This document shows positions 1-8,826 of a stretch of DNA of 62,614 nt, in pieces (positions within the stretch are counted from its first letter, which is position 1; every line of letters begins with the position of its first letter). The stretch covers positions 1 through 62,614 of the forward strand of contig JADDQH010000005.1 in assembly GCA_016781485.1 (NCBI GenBank). The letters run 5' to 3'. A program made the translations under genes and the position numbers. The notes below the pieces were generated by a model that searched no databases, was not told the DNA's origin, and was given only the letters and a program-made list of their open reading frames with translations. This DNA is from Chloroflexota bacterium (GTDB taxonomy: Bacteria; Chloroflexota; Limnocylindria; Limnocylindrales; CSP1-4).

Positions 1-158
1 GGGGCCTCGGCCGCAGGCGTGGTGGCGTCGCCGTTCGCTGCCGCGGCGTCGGCGCCGTACGCCGTCCCATCGCGCTCTGGCTTGTCGCCGACACGGTCGA
101 ACGTCACGTCGAGCTCGCCCGGCGTGCGCTCCTCGGGACCCTGTCGGCGCATCGACAT
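1..158 (-). CDS. hypothetical protein, N-terminal part only (runs off left edge)
   Basis: ATG at 158 abuts the stop (159-161) of the upstream ORF. Frame stays open to the window edge. Third codon positions are strongly G/C. Absent from the ORF track because there is no stop in the window. Confidence 0.35.
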   Translation of the reverse strand, partial: MSMRRQGPEERTPGELDVTFDRVGDKPERDGTAYGADAAAANGDATTPAAEA

Positions 159-548
159 CTACCCGAAGAACCTCACCGTCCCGATCACGTCGCGCAGCAG
201 CTGGAGTGTCCGCAACCAGCGGATCGCGTCCAGCGCCGCCAGCCGAAAGCCCCAGATCGACGCCCGCGCGTCGCGCAAGCCACGCTCCGCCCGGTCGAAC
301 AAACGATCCACGGTCACCAGCCCAGCGACCATGGCGCGGACCGTCGTCTGGCCGTCTTCGAGGGATCGCGCCATTCGCTCTACCCGCTCGGCAAGTCCCG
401 GAGCCGCTAGTGCGAGCTGGTAGCTCGCGTGCCGCACCTCCGACCGTCCGCGTTCGACTCGACGGGCGATCCCGATCATGACGGCCGAGAAGAGCACTGC
501 GAGGCCGACCATCACGAGCGCGGCGAAGACGACTAGCTGCTCTTCCAC
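159..548 (-). CDS. small N-terminally membrane-anchored helical protein, function unknown
   Basis: 129-aa ORF with a hydrophobic N-terminus (VVFAALVMVGLAVLFSAVMIGI) followed by charged helical sequence. No family recognised with certainty. Confidence 0.5.
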   Translation of the reverse strand: MEEQLVVFAALVMVGLAVLFSAVMIGIARRVERGRSEVRHASYQLALAAPGLAERVERMARSLEDGQTTVRAMVAGLVTVDRLFDRAERGLRDARASIWGFRLAALDAIRWLRTLQLLRDVIGTVRFFG

Positions 549-605
549 GGCCGCCGCATTATGGCCGAGCGGCAGTGGCGCGCGCAGACTCGGGACACGC
601 CGGCC

Positions 606-2726
606 CTAGGCGTTTCGCACGGAGGGCAGCAGAGCTGCCACCAGCCCGCTCGCAGCCGTGAGCACGCCGAAGCCCGCGATGACGAGCCCCACGGGGACGG
701 CCTCCGCTAGCACCCCCGAGATCGCCATGGCGCCCGTCATCGCGCCGAAGACGAGGCTCGAGCGGAACGAGACGACGCGGCCGATGAGGGGGATCGGGGT
801 CAATTCCGCGAACAGGGTCTGGCTCGGGATGACGTAGACGAGGTTCGCGACACCGACGATCGCCGCGGCGGCGAGCGCGACGAGGACGTTGTCGGTCAGG
901 CCGAGGAAGATCGTCGCGAACCCCATCACCACGAACCCCGCCACGACCAGCCGGCCCTTCCGGAGCTTCGCCCCCACGGCTCCGACCGCCACGCCCCCGA
1001 CCAGGTTCCCGAGCCCGATCGCCGTCTCGATCGCGGCGTAGTTCTGCGGATACGGGATCACGGCCGGGTCGAGCCACTCGCGGGCGTACACGACCGTGAG
1101 CGCGAGCGTGGAGCCGAGCGACATCTGCCCGAACGTGCTTACGAGCGTGTTCTGGAACAGCGGTGGCTGGCTCCGAAGGAACCGCCAGCCGTCGGCGAGC
1201 TCACCGAGGAAGGCGCGGACTGCGCCAGCGACCCTCGGCGCCGTCTCTCGCGCAACCGGGGGGATCGCCAGCCCCGCGATGAGGAGCGCGCTGACCAGGT
1301 AGCTCGCTGCGTCGACCCAGAACGCGATCGGGAGCGCGGCGCCGAGGAAGGCCACGAATAGGCCAGCCAGGGGATAGCCGGCGATGTCCGCCAGCGTCTC
1401 GCTCGTCCAGGTGGCGCTGTTCGCGGCGATCAGGTCTTCGGGCGCCACGATACGCGGCACGACAGCCGCCTTGGCTGGCCGAAAGAAGATGCTGACGGTA
1501 GTGACCGCGAACACGATGAGATAGACGAGGACGATGTTCGTCGCCGCCGCGGCGGGTAGCGCGAGCACCAGCACCGCACGCAGAAGGTCGGCCGCGACCA
1601 TCACGTGCTTCTGATCCCAGCGATCCACGAACGTTCCGGCGATCGGGCCCAGGAGGAGGTTCGGGAGGGTCGCGGCCAGGAACACGAGTCCCGTCAGCAG
1701 TGGCGAGCCTGTGAGGCCGTAGACGAGCACGCCGAGGGCGACCTGATGCAGTCGGTCCCCGAACAGGCTGATCGTCTGACCGAGCCAGAAGCTCGAGAAC
1801 CGCGCGTCGAGCGCCAATCGGACGAAGGGGTGCTGTTTCGCTGTGGCCGATGACGGAGCGACGAGGGTGCGCGCACGATCGGAGGCCGTCGACGTCGGTG
1901 ACGGGACGGTGCCGACGGGAGACGGAGACGCGCTGCGACCGACGGTCGGGACGACGGCGCTCGGGTCTGACGTGCCCGCGGGAAGGGCGATGGGAGCGTC
2001 CCCGGCCGAGACGGTCAGGGCGGTCGATGCCCTCGTCCCGCCCAGCAGGACGGGGCCGTCGAGCCCCACCGTCGGCTCCGGTTCCTCGATGTCGACGCCG
2101 GCCGCATCGGGGGGTACTCGGATCATTCCTTTTCTGCTCGAGCGACCGAACCGCGCCGACAGCGTCCGCGCGGATGGGGCTTCGCCGTACAGAAGCGTGC
2201 CGAATACGAATAGCCCGATGCCGGTGGAGAGGAAGACGTCGCCGACGCTCGCGACGTTCGGGACGAAGGGCAGCGGGACAGGGAGGATGTCGCCGAAGGG
2301 CCCCGCACGCAGGAGGAACTCGAGACCCAGCTGCTGCGGTAGCACGGCGTGGATCGCGGGGTCCAGTTCCGCGTCGTTGAGGTGCGCGAAACCGAGCGCG
2401 GGCTCCCAGACCGGCATCCGGCCACCGTTGACGGTGAACGCGAAGCCGTTCGCAGCCACGCCGAGGGCTGCGACGAGGAGACCGGGCCGGTCGCGATTCA
2501 GCCACAGCGCGAACGCGAGGAGTCCGAATGCAAGCGCAAACAGGGGTACCCGGAGCGCGTCCACGAGAGGGACGCCGGAACGGATCCCGTACTCGGTACC
2601 GAAACGAAGCAGGAGCGCGGCGAAGATCGCCCAGACCCAGCGGAGGCGTGCGTTCGCGAGATGGTCGAGCCGGCCGCCGAGCAGCAGCCCGCCGACGAGC
2701 CCGATGACGAGCCCGATCAGTAGCAC
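606..2726 (-). CDS. DUF5317-like membrane domain fused in frame to an MFS (EntS/MFS_3-like) transporter
   Basis: 706-aa ORF. The N-terminal ~185 aa are multi-TM and DUF5317-like. A ~110-aa Pro/Ser/Thr/Ala linker follows. The rest is a typical MFS_3 sequence (FWLGQTISLFGDRLHQVAL..., 12 TM-like segments). Confidence 0.75.
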   Translation of the reverse strand: MLLIGLVIGLVGGLLLGGRLDHLANARLRWVWAIFAALLLRFGTEYGIRSGVPLVDALRVPLFALAFGLLAFALWLNRDRPGLLVAALGVAANGFAFTVNGGRMPVWEPALGFAHLNDAELDPAIHAVLPQQLGLEFLLRAGPFGDILPVPLPFVPNVASVGDVFLSTGIGLFVFGTLLYGEAPSARTLSARFGRSSRKGMIRVPPDAAGVDIEEPEPTVGLDGPVLLGGTRASTALTVSAGDAPIALPAGTSDPSAVVPTVGRSASPSPVGTVPSPTSTASDRARTLVAPSSATAKQHPFVRLALDARFSSFWLGQTISLFGDRLHQVALGVLVYGLTGSPLLTGLVFLAATLPNLLLGPIAGTFVDRWDQKHVMVAADLLRAVLVLALPAAAATNIVLVYLIVFAVTTVSIFFRPAKAAVVPRIVAPEDLIAANSATWTSETLADIAGYPLAGLFVAFLGAALPIAFWVDAASYLVSALLIAGLAIPPVARETAPRVAGAVRAFLGELADGWRFLRSQPPLFQNTLVSTFGQMSLGSTLALTVVYAREWLDPAVIPYPQNYAAIETAIGLGNLVGGVAVGAVGAKLRKGRLVVAGFVVMGFATIFLGLTDNVLVALAAAAIVGVANLVYVIPSQTLFAELTPIPLIGRVVSFRSSLVFGAMTGAMAISGVLAEAVPVGLVIAGFGVLTAASGLVAALLPSVRNA

Positions 2727-2847
2727 GAGTGCTCACCCAAGTTCAGCATCCCCCCAGCCCGACCGAGTCGCCTTCGCAGCCCCGCGGGCCACGTAGATCG
2801 TGCGAGCTTAAGTCGGCGGCGCCTGTCGCCGCCGCCGGCGACCGGTG

Positions 2848-4206
2848 CTAGTGGCTCTTTGTGCCAAGGCCCGGCTCGCGTCCCGCCTGGCCGGCGCGGC
2901 TGGCCGCGACCTGGCCGAGCATCGGCACGACGCGCTCTTCGGTCGGTCGGCCTGGGTCCTGGATCCCTGCCGCCCATCGCGTCTTGCTGAACGCATCGAC
3001 GGCGACCGGGTCGAACTGGATCCCTGTGTATCGGCGGATCTCTGCCATCGCCTGCGCCGGCGTGAGCGGACTCATCCGATAGGGGCGGGCAGCGGTCATC
3101 GCCTCGAAGGCGTCGGCCACGTGGAGGATCCGTGCGAGCTTTGGGATCTCCTCTCCAACGAGGTGATCCGGGTACCCCGATCCGTTGTACCACTCATGGT
3201 GATGCCGGATGATCGGGAGCTCGGGCGCGAGCTTCTGGACCGGCTTGATGATCTCCTCGCCCTTGACCGGGTGCTGGTTCATCAGGATCCGCTCTTCCTT
3301 GGTCAGCCTGTCCTGCTTCAGGAGGACGGCGTCCGGCACGCCGATCTTTCCGATGTCGTGCAGCAGGCCGCCCCACTCGAGCGCCTCCAGCTCCGACTCG
3401 GAACAGCGCATCTGCCGCCCGATGTCGACGGCGATCCGCTGGACCCGCTCGCTGTGCCCGCTCGTGAACTTGTCCTTCGCGTCAACGGCTGACGCGAGGC
3501 TCCGCACGGTCTGCGTGAACATGTCCCGCAGCTCGACGACGCGCTGGTAAGCGGCGCGCGTCGTCAGAAGCGGCAGCCCAAACAGCAGCGCGGCCCACCA
3601 ATCCACGGTCGCGTACACGTGCGCAACGAGCCACGCAAGGGGAGCAAGAGCGAGCGTCCCTGCGGCCACTCCTGAAGTCGACCAGCTTGCGATGTAGACC
3701 GACCGGAAGGATCTTTCCTGGCGAAGAGCAAGCGCGGCTGCGGCCATTGTGCTGTTAGCGAGGAAGAAGAGCGTGCCCGCCGCCGTGGCGGCGATTAGCG
3801 AGCGCGGCGTCGCCTCGAACGCTCCTGCGCCGGCGAGCTGTTGATATAGCGCGCCGGCGGAGACAGCGGGCAGGATTGCAAGCGCGTGGTTATACGCGGT
3901 GCCGTACCACGGAACGCGTCCGCGTACTTCTCGGATCTCTGTTGTCCCAAGTGCAGCGACGAGCCCGGCGGCTAGCGGGCCGGCCAGGAATGAACACGCG
4001 AGGATTGGACCGGTCGCGACCGCCAAGAGAACGCCGGTCGGCAACCGGACCGGAGCGTGGGAGGCAAGCAGCGCGACGACCGTCCAAAACACAAGGTCGC
4101 GGATCCGGAAATCCGCTGGCGGAGGAAACAGCAACGCCGCCACAGCCAGCGAAATCGCACTGGCTGTGACGGCGAGGCCAATCAGAGTCTTGAGTGCCGG
4201 TTTCAC
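2848..4206 (-). CDS. membrane-bound HD-GYP domain phosphodiesterase
   Basis: Multi-TM N-terminal half. C-terminal half carries the HD-GYP motifs HSERV, GGLLHDIGKIGVPD and HHEWYNGSGYPD. Confidence 0.9.
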   Translation of the reverse strand: MKPALKTLIGLAVTASAISLAVAALLFPPPADFRIRDLVFWTVVALLASHAPVRLPTGVLLAVATGPILACSFLAGPLAAGLVAALGTTEIREVRGRVPWYGTAYNHALAILPAVSAGALYQQLAGAGAFEATPRSLIAATAAGTLFFLANSTMAAAALALRQERSFRSVYIASWSTSGVAAGTLALAPLAWLVAHVYATVDWWAALLFGLPLLTTRAAYQRVVELRDMFTQTVRSLASAVDAKDKFTSGHSERVQRIAVDIGRQMRCSESELEALEWGGLLHDIGKIGVPDAVLLKQDRLTKEERILMNQHPVKGEEIIKPVQKLAPELPIIRHHHEWYNGSGYPDHLVGEEIPKLARILHVADAFEAMTAARPYRMSPLTPAQAMAEIRRYTGIQFDPVAVDAFSKTRWAAGIQDPGRPTEERVVPMLGQVAASRAGQAGREPGLGTKSH

Positions 4207-4652
4207 GGCCGACTACGCGCCGCCATGTCGCATTCAGTCTAGCCCCCTCGGACTAGCCTGCCCCCCCGGCTAAAAGTACCAGCCGGGCGACTAGACGACG
4301 TGAACGGTTGCGCCGCCGGCGAGAGCCAAGCCGACCAGGGTTCCAAGTAGGAGACCGACTCGACCGACCCGCTCAATCACGGTGACTACCAAACCTTGGC
4401 GTTCATGTTCGGCTCCATGACCGATCCTCCTAACTCCCGCTGTGCGCGGGGTCCGTCTGGGTCGCCGGTCGGTTGCACTAGCGGCTTGCCTCCACCCTAA
4501 GTGCCCATTTTCAGGTGGGGCATCTGCGCTACCAGCGTGTTCACGAGTAGTACCGGAGTACTACCACTGGCAGGACTATAGGGGTAGCGGTCGGGAGCGC
4601 CAATACGCCGTGTTGCTTAGTCTCCCGTCCTGAGCTTCGACCACAGGGCGAC

Positions 4653-7600
4653 CTACTCGAACCGGCGCTCAATTGGACGGCGGGTGAGATCCTCAAACGT
4701 TGGAGGCTCGACGCCCAACTGCTCCCGATGCACCATTGCGTAGTGCTCATATTGCTCGGCCGCGGCCGACCTAGCTCCTGCCGTCGAATACAGCCATATC
4801 AAGTCTCGCTCGACGTCAGTTGCGTCGGGATCAATTTGAAGTGTCGTCTGAGCCACTTGTGTCGCTTCCGCCAGCCTCATCGCATCGATGAGATGGAGTT
4901 GCGTGGTATGAACCAGGTGCAAGTACTGTGCATGCAACGTGTCACGCCACCCTAGAGCCCACTCCTCGTACTCGAATTCGGGGGCGAAACGGCCGGAATA
5001 GGACCGGATTACTTCTAAAGCACCATCGACCTCCGACGGCGGCGCGGACGCTGCTCTAGTAGCGGCCGACAAAAAGGAGACGCTTGCTATATCAACGAGT
5101 TCCGGCTCGAGCCAAAGCATCTCTGACTCGAACCTGACATAGTCCACCGAAACGTCGTCGTCGTACCACGGGTCTATCTCGCGCCGCAGGAAGTAGAGGG
5201 TCTGATTCAGGCTGTTGGCGGCAGCACTAGGCTCCAAGTCCGGCCATAATTGGTCCAGAACCTGCTCGCGAGCTGCGTTGGTACTGGGACGGGTAATCAG
5301 ATACATCAGCAGGGAAGCAGCCTTGCGACGCACGCGACTAATTGGTACCGAGCGAGCGCCTACCGACAAGCACGAACGCCCAAGATCATTGATGTGCAGC
5401 CGCGGACTTATGCGGCGGGCAAGGGAACGTGCCAAGCTTCCTGTCTGGCGTCGCTTGAGGAAACGCCGCTCGTAGGCCCGAAGAAGAGGAATATCGTTCT
5501 GTGTGCCGTAGCGCTCGAGTAGTCGCGCCGCTACAGTGCCAGCATCGGATTCGCCCGCCTGAAGCTGCTTCCGCAGAAGAGGCAGCCAGCGCAACGGCCA
5601 CCTTTCGATGGAATCCTCAAGAGGTGCAGGCAACGGGTCGAGTAGTTCGAGCATTGGCACGAGGGCGGGCGCGGCCTCTAGCAGGCCGAGGTGACCGAGC
5701 CCGGCCGCGACCTCCACGCCCCGGCGCAACTCCTCCTGGCAGCCCGTCGAACCCGCTACCACCAAACGGAGCAGCGCTTCCCAACGCCGTGCGTTGTGGA
5801 TGCGAGCAAGCTCTAGGCCGTCGTTCGCGAGAGAGAGTGCCCTTTGCCGGTCTCCCACTGCCAATGCAGCAAGCGCCCGCCAAGTGAAAACAGCGCTCCT
5901 GGAGCCGAGATCCGAATTAGACCAGGATTGAACGCTGCAGAGGGTTGCATCGACTGAGGCTGTATCTCCGGTCGAAAGAGCGATGAGACTACGAGCTAAC
6001 TGAGCAACAGCCGTCGAGCCAATGTCAGATTGTTCGAGCCTCTGCGCAAATTCATAGAGCTCCACGGCACGGTCGATCTCACCGGTAACCAATGCCAAGT
6101 AGGCACATTCAAGCACTGCATCTGCATCCCGGACTCCCGCCGCAGCCGCAGCGTTCGCATTCGCTGTAGCCTCCTCAGCTCTTCCCAGCTCCGTCCAACA
6201 TAAGGCAAGTGTGCTATGAGTGGCGTAGCTTTCTCGGGGCACGTGATTGACAAGGTCGAAGCGTGCTAGTGCCTGGTTGCCCAGGTGTATGGCAACGTTG
6301 TAGTTTGCCTGCGCCCATTCCACAATCATCGCGTTGTGAAGGCTGATGCCCGCAGCGAGGTTCAGTCCTGTCGTCGCCTGACGCACCGCCAGTTGCTGCA
6401 AGCGTTGTGATCGCGTGCGAGACCACGACGTGTCGTCATCAGTCAGCAGGAGATGCGCCTCCGCTAGCTCGCGAAGCACAGGTGCCGTCTCGGCGTCGGA
6501 GACTATCTCTCGCGCGGCGGCTAATAATCCCTCTCGGTGACCGCTCCAGAAGAAGGCGTGCATCCGAGCTGCACGTATCAGCCCCTTCTCCGTCGGCGAC
6601 GGGTAGGCGGAGTCGAGACCGTCCAAGAGAGCTAGGGCGCGTCGCGGATGTCCTTGATCTACCTCTCGCCACGACAGTATTACTGCAGCTGCTGGCTCGA
6701 GGTCTATTCCTCGGAGCCGCTCGAGAACCTCGGCAGCGGCCTTCCAGCGACCGGAACCGATCGCTTGGACGACAGAGTCCGCGAGCACTCGCATGGCTTC
6801 GCGTGGTTCGTCGGCCTCGATGTAGTGGTGGCAGGCGGCCAGCCAGTCGTCTGACTCCGCAGCGCGGGCGACGCGACCGTGGATCGCTCGGAGCTCCTCC
6901 TCGGAGACGGTTTGGTGAAGCTGGCGCTGAAGGAAGTCGCGCAACAGCGGATGGAACCGGAGCGCGGTGCTGCCCTCGCCTCCTCTTGCAAGGAGGCCGA
7001 GTCTTTCCGCCTCCTCCATCAGCCGGACGATCTCGCCGCGCGTCCGCGGTTCGCGTCCGGGCGCGAAGATCGCGATCAGGTGCTCGGGGACGACGTGCTC
7101 GAGAAGCGAGGCGTGGATCAAGGCACGCTGCATCTCGGGACGAAGCTCGGCGACGACCTCCTCGGCGAGGAAGTCGTATAGGACGCCTTGGGCACCGGAA
7201 AGAGACCGAACGAACGCCCGGATCTCGTGCGCGGAGCGCCCACGGATGGAGGAATGAAGGAGCTGCAGGCTCGCTGCCCACCCCTCTGTTCGCGCGTCGA
7301 CCTGCGCGAGCAGGTCCCCGTCGAGTGACTGCCCGTAGATGTCTCCGAACAACCGTTCGATCTCCTGCACCGAGAACCGGAGGTCGCTGGCTGTGAGCTC
7401 GGCGAGTTCGCCCTGTGCGGCGAGACGCCCGAGTGGTAGGGCGGGACGACGACGGGCCATGATGAGGAGCGTCAAGGACTCGGGCGCCTCGCGCACAAGA
7501 CGCCCGACTATCTCCCGTACCTCCGCCGTGTCGTCGACGAGGTGGAAGTCGTCGAGGATCAGAAGCGTGGGCTCGCGACGGAGCGCGTCGAGTTCGGCGA

Positions 7601-8285
7601 CGAGCGAGTCGAGGACCCGTTGACGCGAAGGATTCGCGAGTGCCATGTGGCCGAGCAGTGCGGAGGTGGACTCGCCGAAGTCCGGCTCGACCTCCCGGAC
7701 CGCAGCGAGCAGGTAGTGGACGAACGTCGTCCAGTCCCGGTCGTTCGAGTCGAGCTTGTACCAGAGGCAGCGAACATATCTCCGCCGCGAGAAGTCGGCC
7801 AGGAGCGTCGTCTTCCCATACCCTGCCTCGGCGGTGACGAGTGTGAGTCGACGCCGGACGTTCTCGCGGAGCCAATCGAGGAGCCGCTCGCGCGACAGCG
7901 TCGAGTCCCGGACAGGAGTGGGTGTGACCTTGGCGCGGGATACCGGATGCGGGTCGAGGGAGCGTCCGTGGAGGAGCGGGGCTGACCCAGGCGAGGTCGT
8001 CCCCGGTCCCACGGGCACCGCCACTCGCATGTCGTCCGCCACCTGCCGCTCTCGTCCCTGAGCCGCCGTCGACGGGGCGGGTGGTCTGGACGATACGGTG
8101 GTACGCCTGTCGCTCGACTCGGGACGCTTCACGACCCCATTTTCCCCGTTACCTCTCAGCTGCGACTTATCTAGGACCGCGCGCAGCCGACCGCGAACTC
8201 TGGCCGAGAAGAGCCGCGTCGGCGCCCTGCACCTTCCAACGCCGCCTCGCGGCGCAACGTCGATGCAGAGCGCGGGGTGGGGCAC
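4653..8285 (-). CDS. large STAND-type ATPase / TPR-like repeats / C-terminal SARP winged-helix + BTAD transcriptional regulator
   Basis: Walker A AEAGYGKTTLL and Walker B LLILDDFH. Long helical repeat region. C-terminus has an OmpR/SARP-type wHTH (RKAASLLMYLI...LWPD...LRREI) and a BTAD (EYEEWALGWRDTL...GVEPPTFEDL). The true start may be internal (GTG 8132 or ATG 8030). Confidence 0.85.
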   Translation of the reverse strand: MPHPALCIDVAPRGGVGRCRAPTRLFSARVRGRLRAVLDKSQLRGNGENGVVKRPESSDRRTTVSSRPPAPSTAAQGRERQVADDMRVAVPVGPGTTSPGSAPLLHGRSLDPHPVSRAKVTPTPVRDSTLSRERLLDWLRENVRRRLTLVTAEAGYGKTTLLADFSRRRYVRCLWYKLDSNDRDWTTFVHYLLAAVREVEPDFGESTSALLGHMALANPSRQRVLDSLVAELDALRREPTLLILDDFHLVDDTAEVREIVGRLVREAPESLTLLIMARRRPALPLGRLAAQGELAELTASDLRFSVQEIERLFGDIYGQSLDGDLLAQVDARTEGWAASLQLLHSSIRGRSAHEIRAFVRSLSGAQGVLYDFLAEEVVAELRPEMQRALIHASLLEHVVPEHLIAIFAPGREPRTRGEIVRLMEEAERLGLLARGGEGSTALRFHPLLRDFLQRQLHQTVSEEELRAIHGRVARAAESDDWLAACHHYIEADEPREAMRVLADSVVQAIGSGRWKAAAEVLERLRGIDLEPAAAVILSWREVDQGHPRRALALLDGLDSAYPSPTEKGLIRAARMHAFFWSGHREGLLAAAREIVSDAETAPVLRELAEAHLLLTDDDTSWSRTRSQRLQQLAVRQATTGLNLAAGISLHNAMIVEWAQANYNVAIHLGNQALARFDLVNHVPRESYATHSTLALCWTELGRAEEATANANAAAAAGVRDADAVLECAYLALVTGEIDRAVELYEFAQRLEQSDIGSTAVAQLARSLIALSTGDTASVDATLCSVQSWSNSDLGSRSAVFTWRALAALAVGDRQRALSLANDGLELARIHNARRWEALLRLVVAGSTGCQEELRRGVEVAAGLGHLGLLEAAPALVPMLELLDPLPAPLEDSIERWPLRWLPLLRKQLQAGESDAGTVAARLLERYGTQNDIPLLRAYERRFLKRRQTGSLARSLARRISPRLHINDLGRSCLSVGARSVPISRVRRKAASLLMYLITRPSTNAAREQVLDQLWPDLEPSAAANSLNQTLYFLRREIDPWYDDDVSVDYVRFESEMLWLEPELVDIASVSFLSAATRAASAPPSEVDGALEVIRSYSGRFAPEFEYEEWALGWRDTLHAQYLHLVHTTQLHLIDAMRLAEATQVAQTTLQIDPDATDVERDLIWLYSTAGARSAAAEQYEHYAMVHREQLGVEPPTFEDLTRRPIERRFE

Positions 8286-8306
8286 GGCCCAGGGGGCGCG
8301 GGACGC

Positions 8307-8337
8307 TTGACATTGGAGCCGCTCTAGGGTTTAGCGT
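8307..8337 (+). promoter_or_regulatory. MerR-type promoter: TTGACA, 19-bp spacer with imperfect dyad, TAGCGT
   Basis: TTGACA at 8307-8312 and TAGCGT at 8332-8337. The spacer contains the dyad ACATTGGAGC-C-GCTCTAGGGT (7/10 positions complementary). The -10 ends 7 nt before the merR ATG, which implies a leaderless mRNA. Confidence 0.5.
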
Positions 8338-8344
8338 TGCGGCC

Positions 8345-8746
8345 ATGCGCATCGGGACACTCGCCGAACGACTCCGCACCACCCCTCACGCGATCCGCTT
8401 CTACGAACGCCGAGGTCTTCTCCCTGTGCCCCAGCGCGCTGACAACCGGTACCGCTCGTACACCGAGCAGGACGCCGAGAGGCTACGGCTGCTTGTCGGG
8501 CTTCGGCAGCTCGACCTCCCGCTCGAACAGGCGGCGGCCCTCGCGGGTATGTGCACTGCTGGCCACTGTGAGCAGGTGTCGGAGGAACTCCGGGAAGCCA
8601 TCTCGCAGAAACGGGAGGAGTTGAGGCGTCGGATCGATGAGTTGCAGTTTCTCGACCGGCGGCTCGCGCATCTCGCCGGCCAACTCGGGTCTGGGGAGAC
8701 GCCCCAGGCCGTCATCACGCTGGGAAAGGAGGAACGCGATGTGTGA
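8345..8746 (+). CDS. MerR family transcriptional regulator
   Basis: MRIGTLAERLRTTPHAIRFYERRGLLP...NRYRSYTEQDAERLRLL is a typical MerR HTH, followed by a coiled-coil dimerisation helix. A Cys/His cluster MCTAGHC sits at the start of that helix. I place the start at ATG 8345; the track ORF extends upstream to 8081. Confidence 0.9.
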   Translation: MRIGTLAERLRTTPHAIRFYERRGLLPVPQRADNRYRSYTEQDAERLRLLVGLRQLDLPLEQAAALAGMCTAGHCEQVSEELREAISQKREELRRRIDELQFLDRRLAHLAGQLGSGETPQAVITLGKEERDV

Positions 8747-8819
8747 CTGCTCGTGCGGTCAGTGCTGCGGGTGCGGCGGCTGCCGCTGCGGCTGCGCCTG
8801 CCGCGGTCACGCTAGGTGA
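8739..8819 (+). CDS. 26-aa cysteine-rich peptide (metallothionein-like candidate): MCDCSCGQCCGCGGCRCGCACRGHAR
   Basis: ATG 8739 overlaps the last merR codons. A perfect AGGAGG (8727-8732) lies 6 nt upstream. 21/25 third codon positions are G/C in this frame, against about 52% in the competing 8743 frame over the same stretch. 10 Cys in 26 aa. Confidence 0.55.
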   Translation: MCDCSCGQCCGCGGCRCGCACRGHAR

Positions 8820-8826
8820 CGCTCAC

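Noticed and set aside
1201-2736. Long Arg/Pro/Gly-rich ORFs overlapping recognisable genes in other frames or on the other strand. Examples: 1201-2736, 6439-7875, 9106-10260, 10749-12206, 31570-32805, 36482-37909, 42627-44918, 45018-46334, 50490-51989, 53477-54685, 54024-55169.
   Set aside because: Their composition is typical of off-frame translation of roughly 70% GC DNA. Each overlaps a gene with clear family motifs, and none has recognisable motifs of its own.
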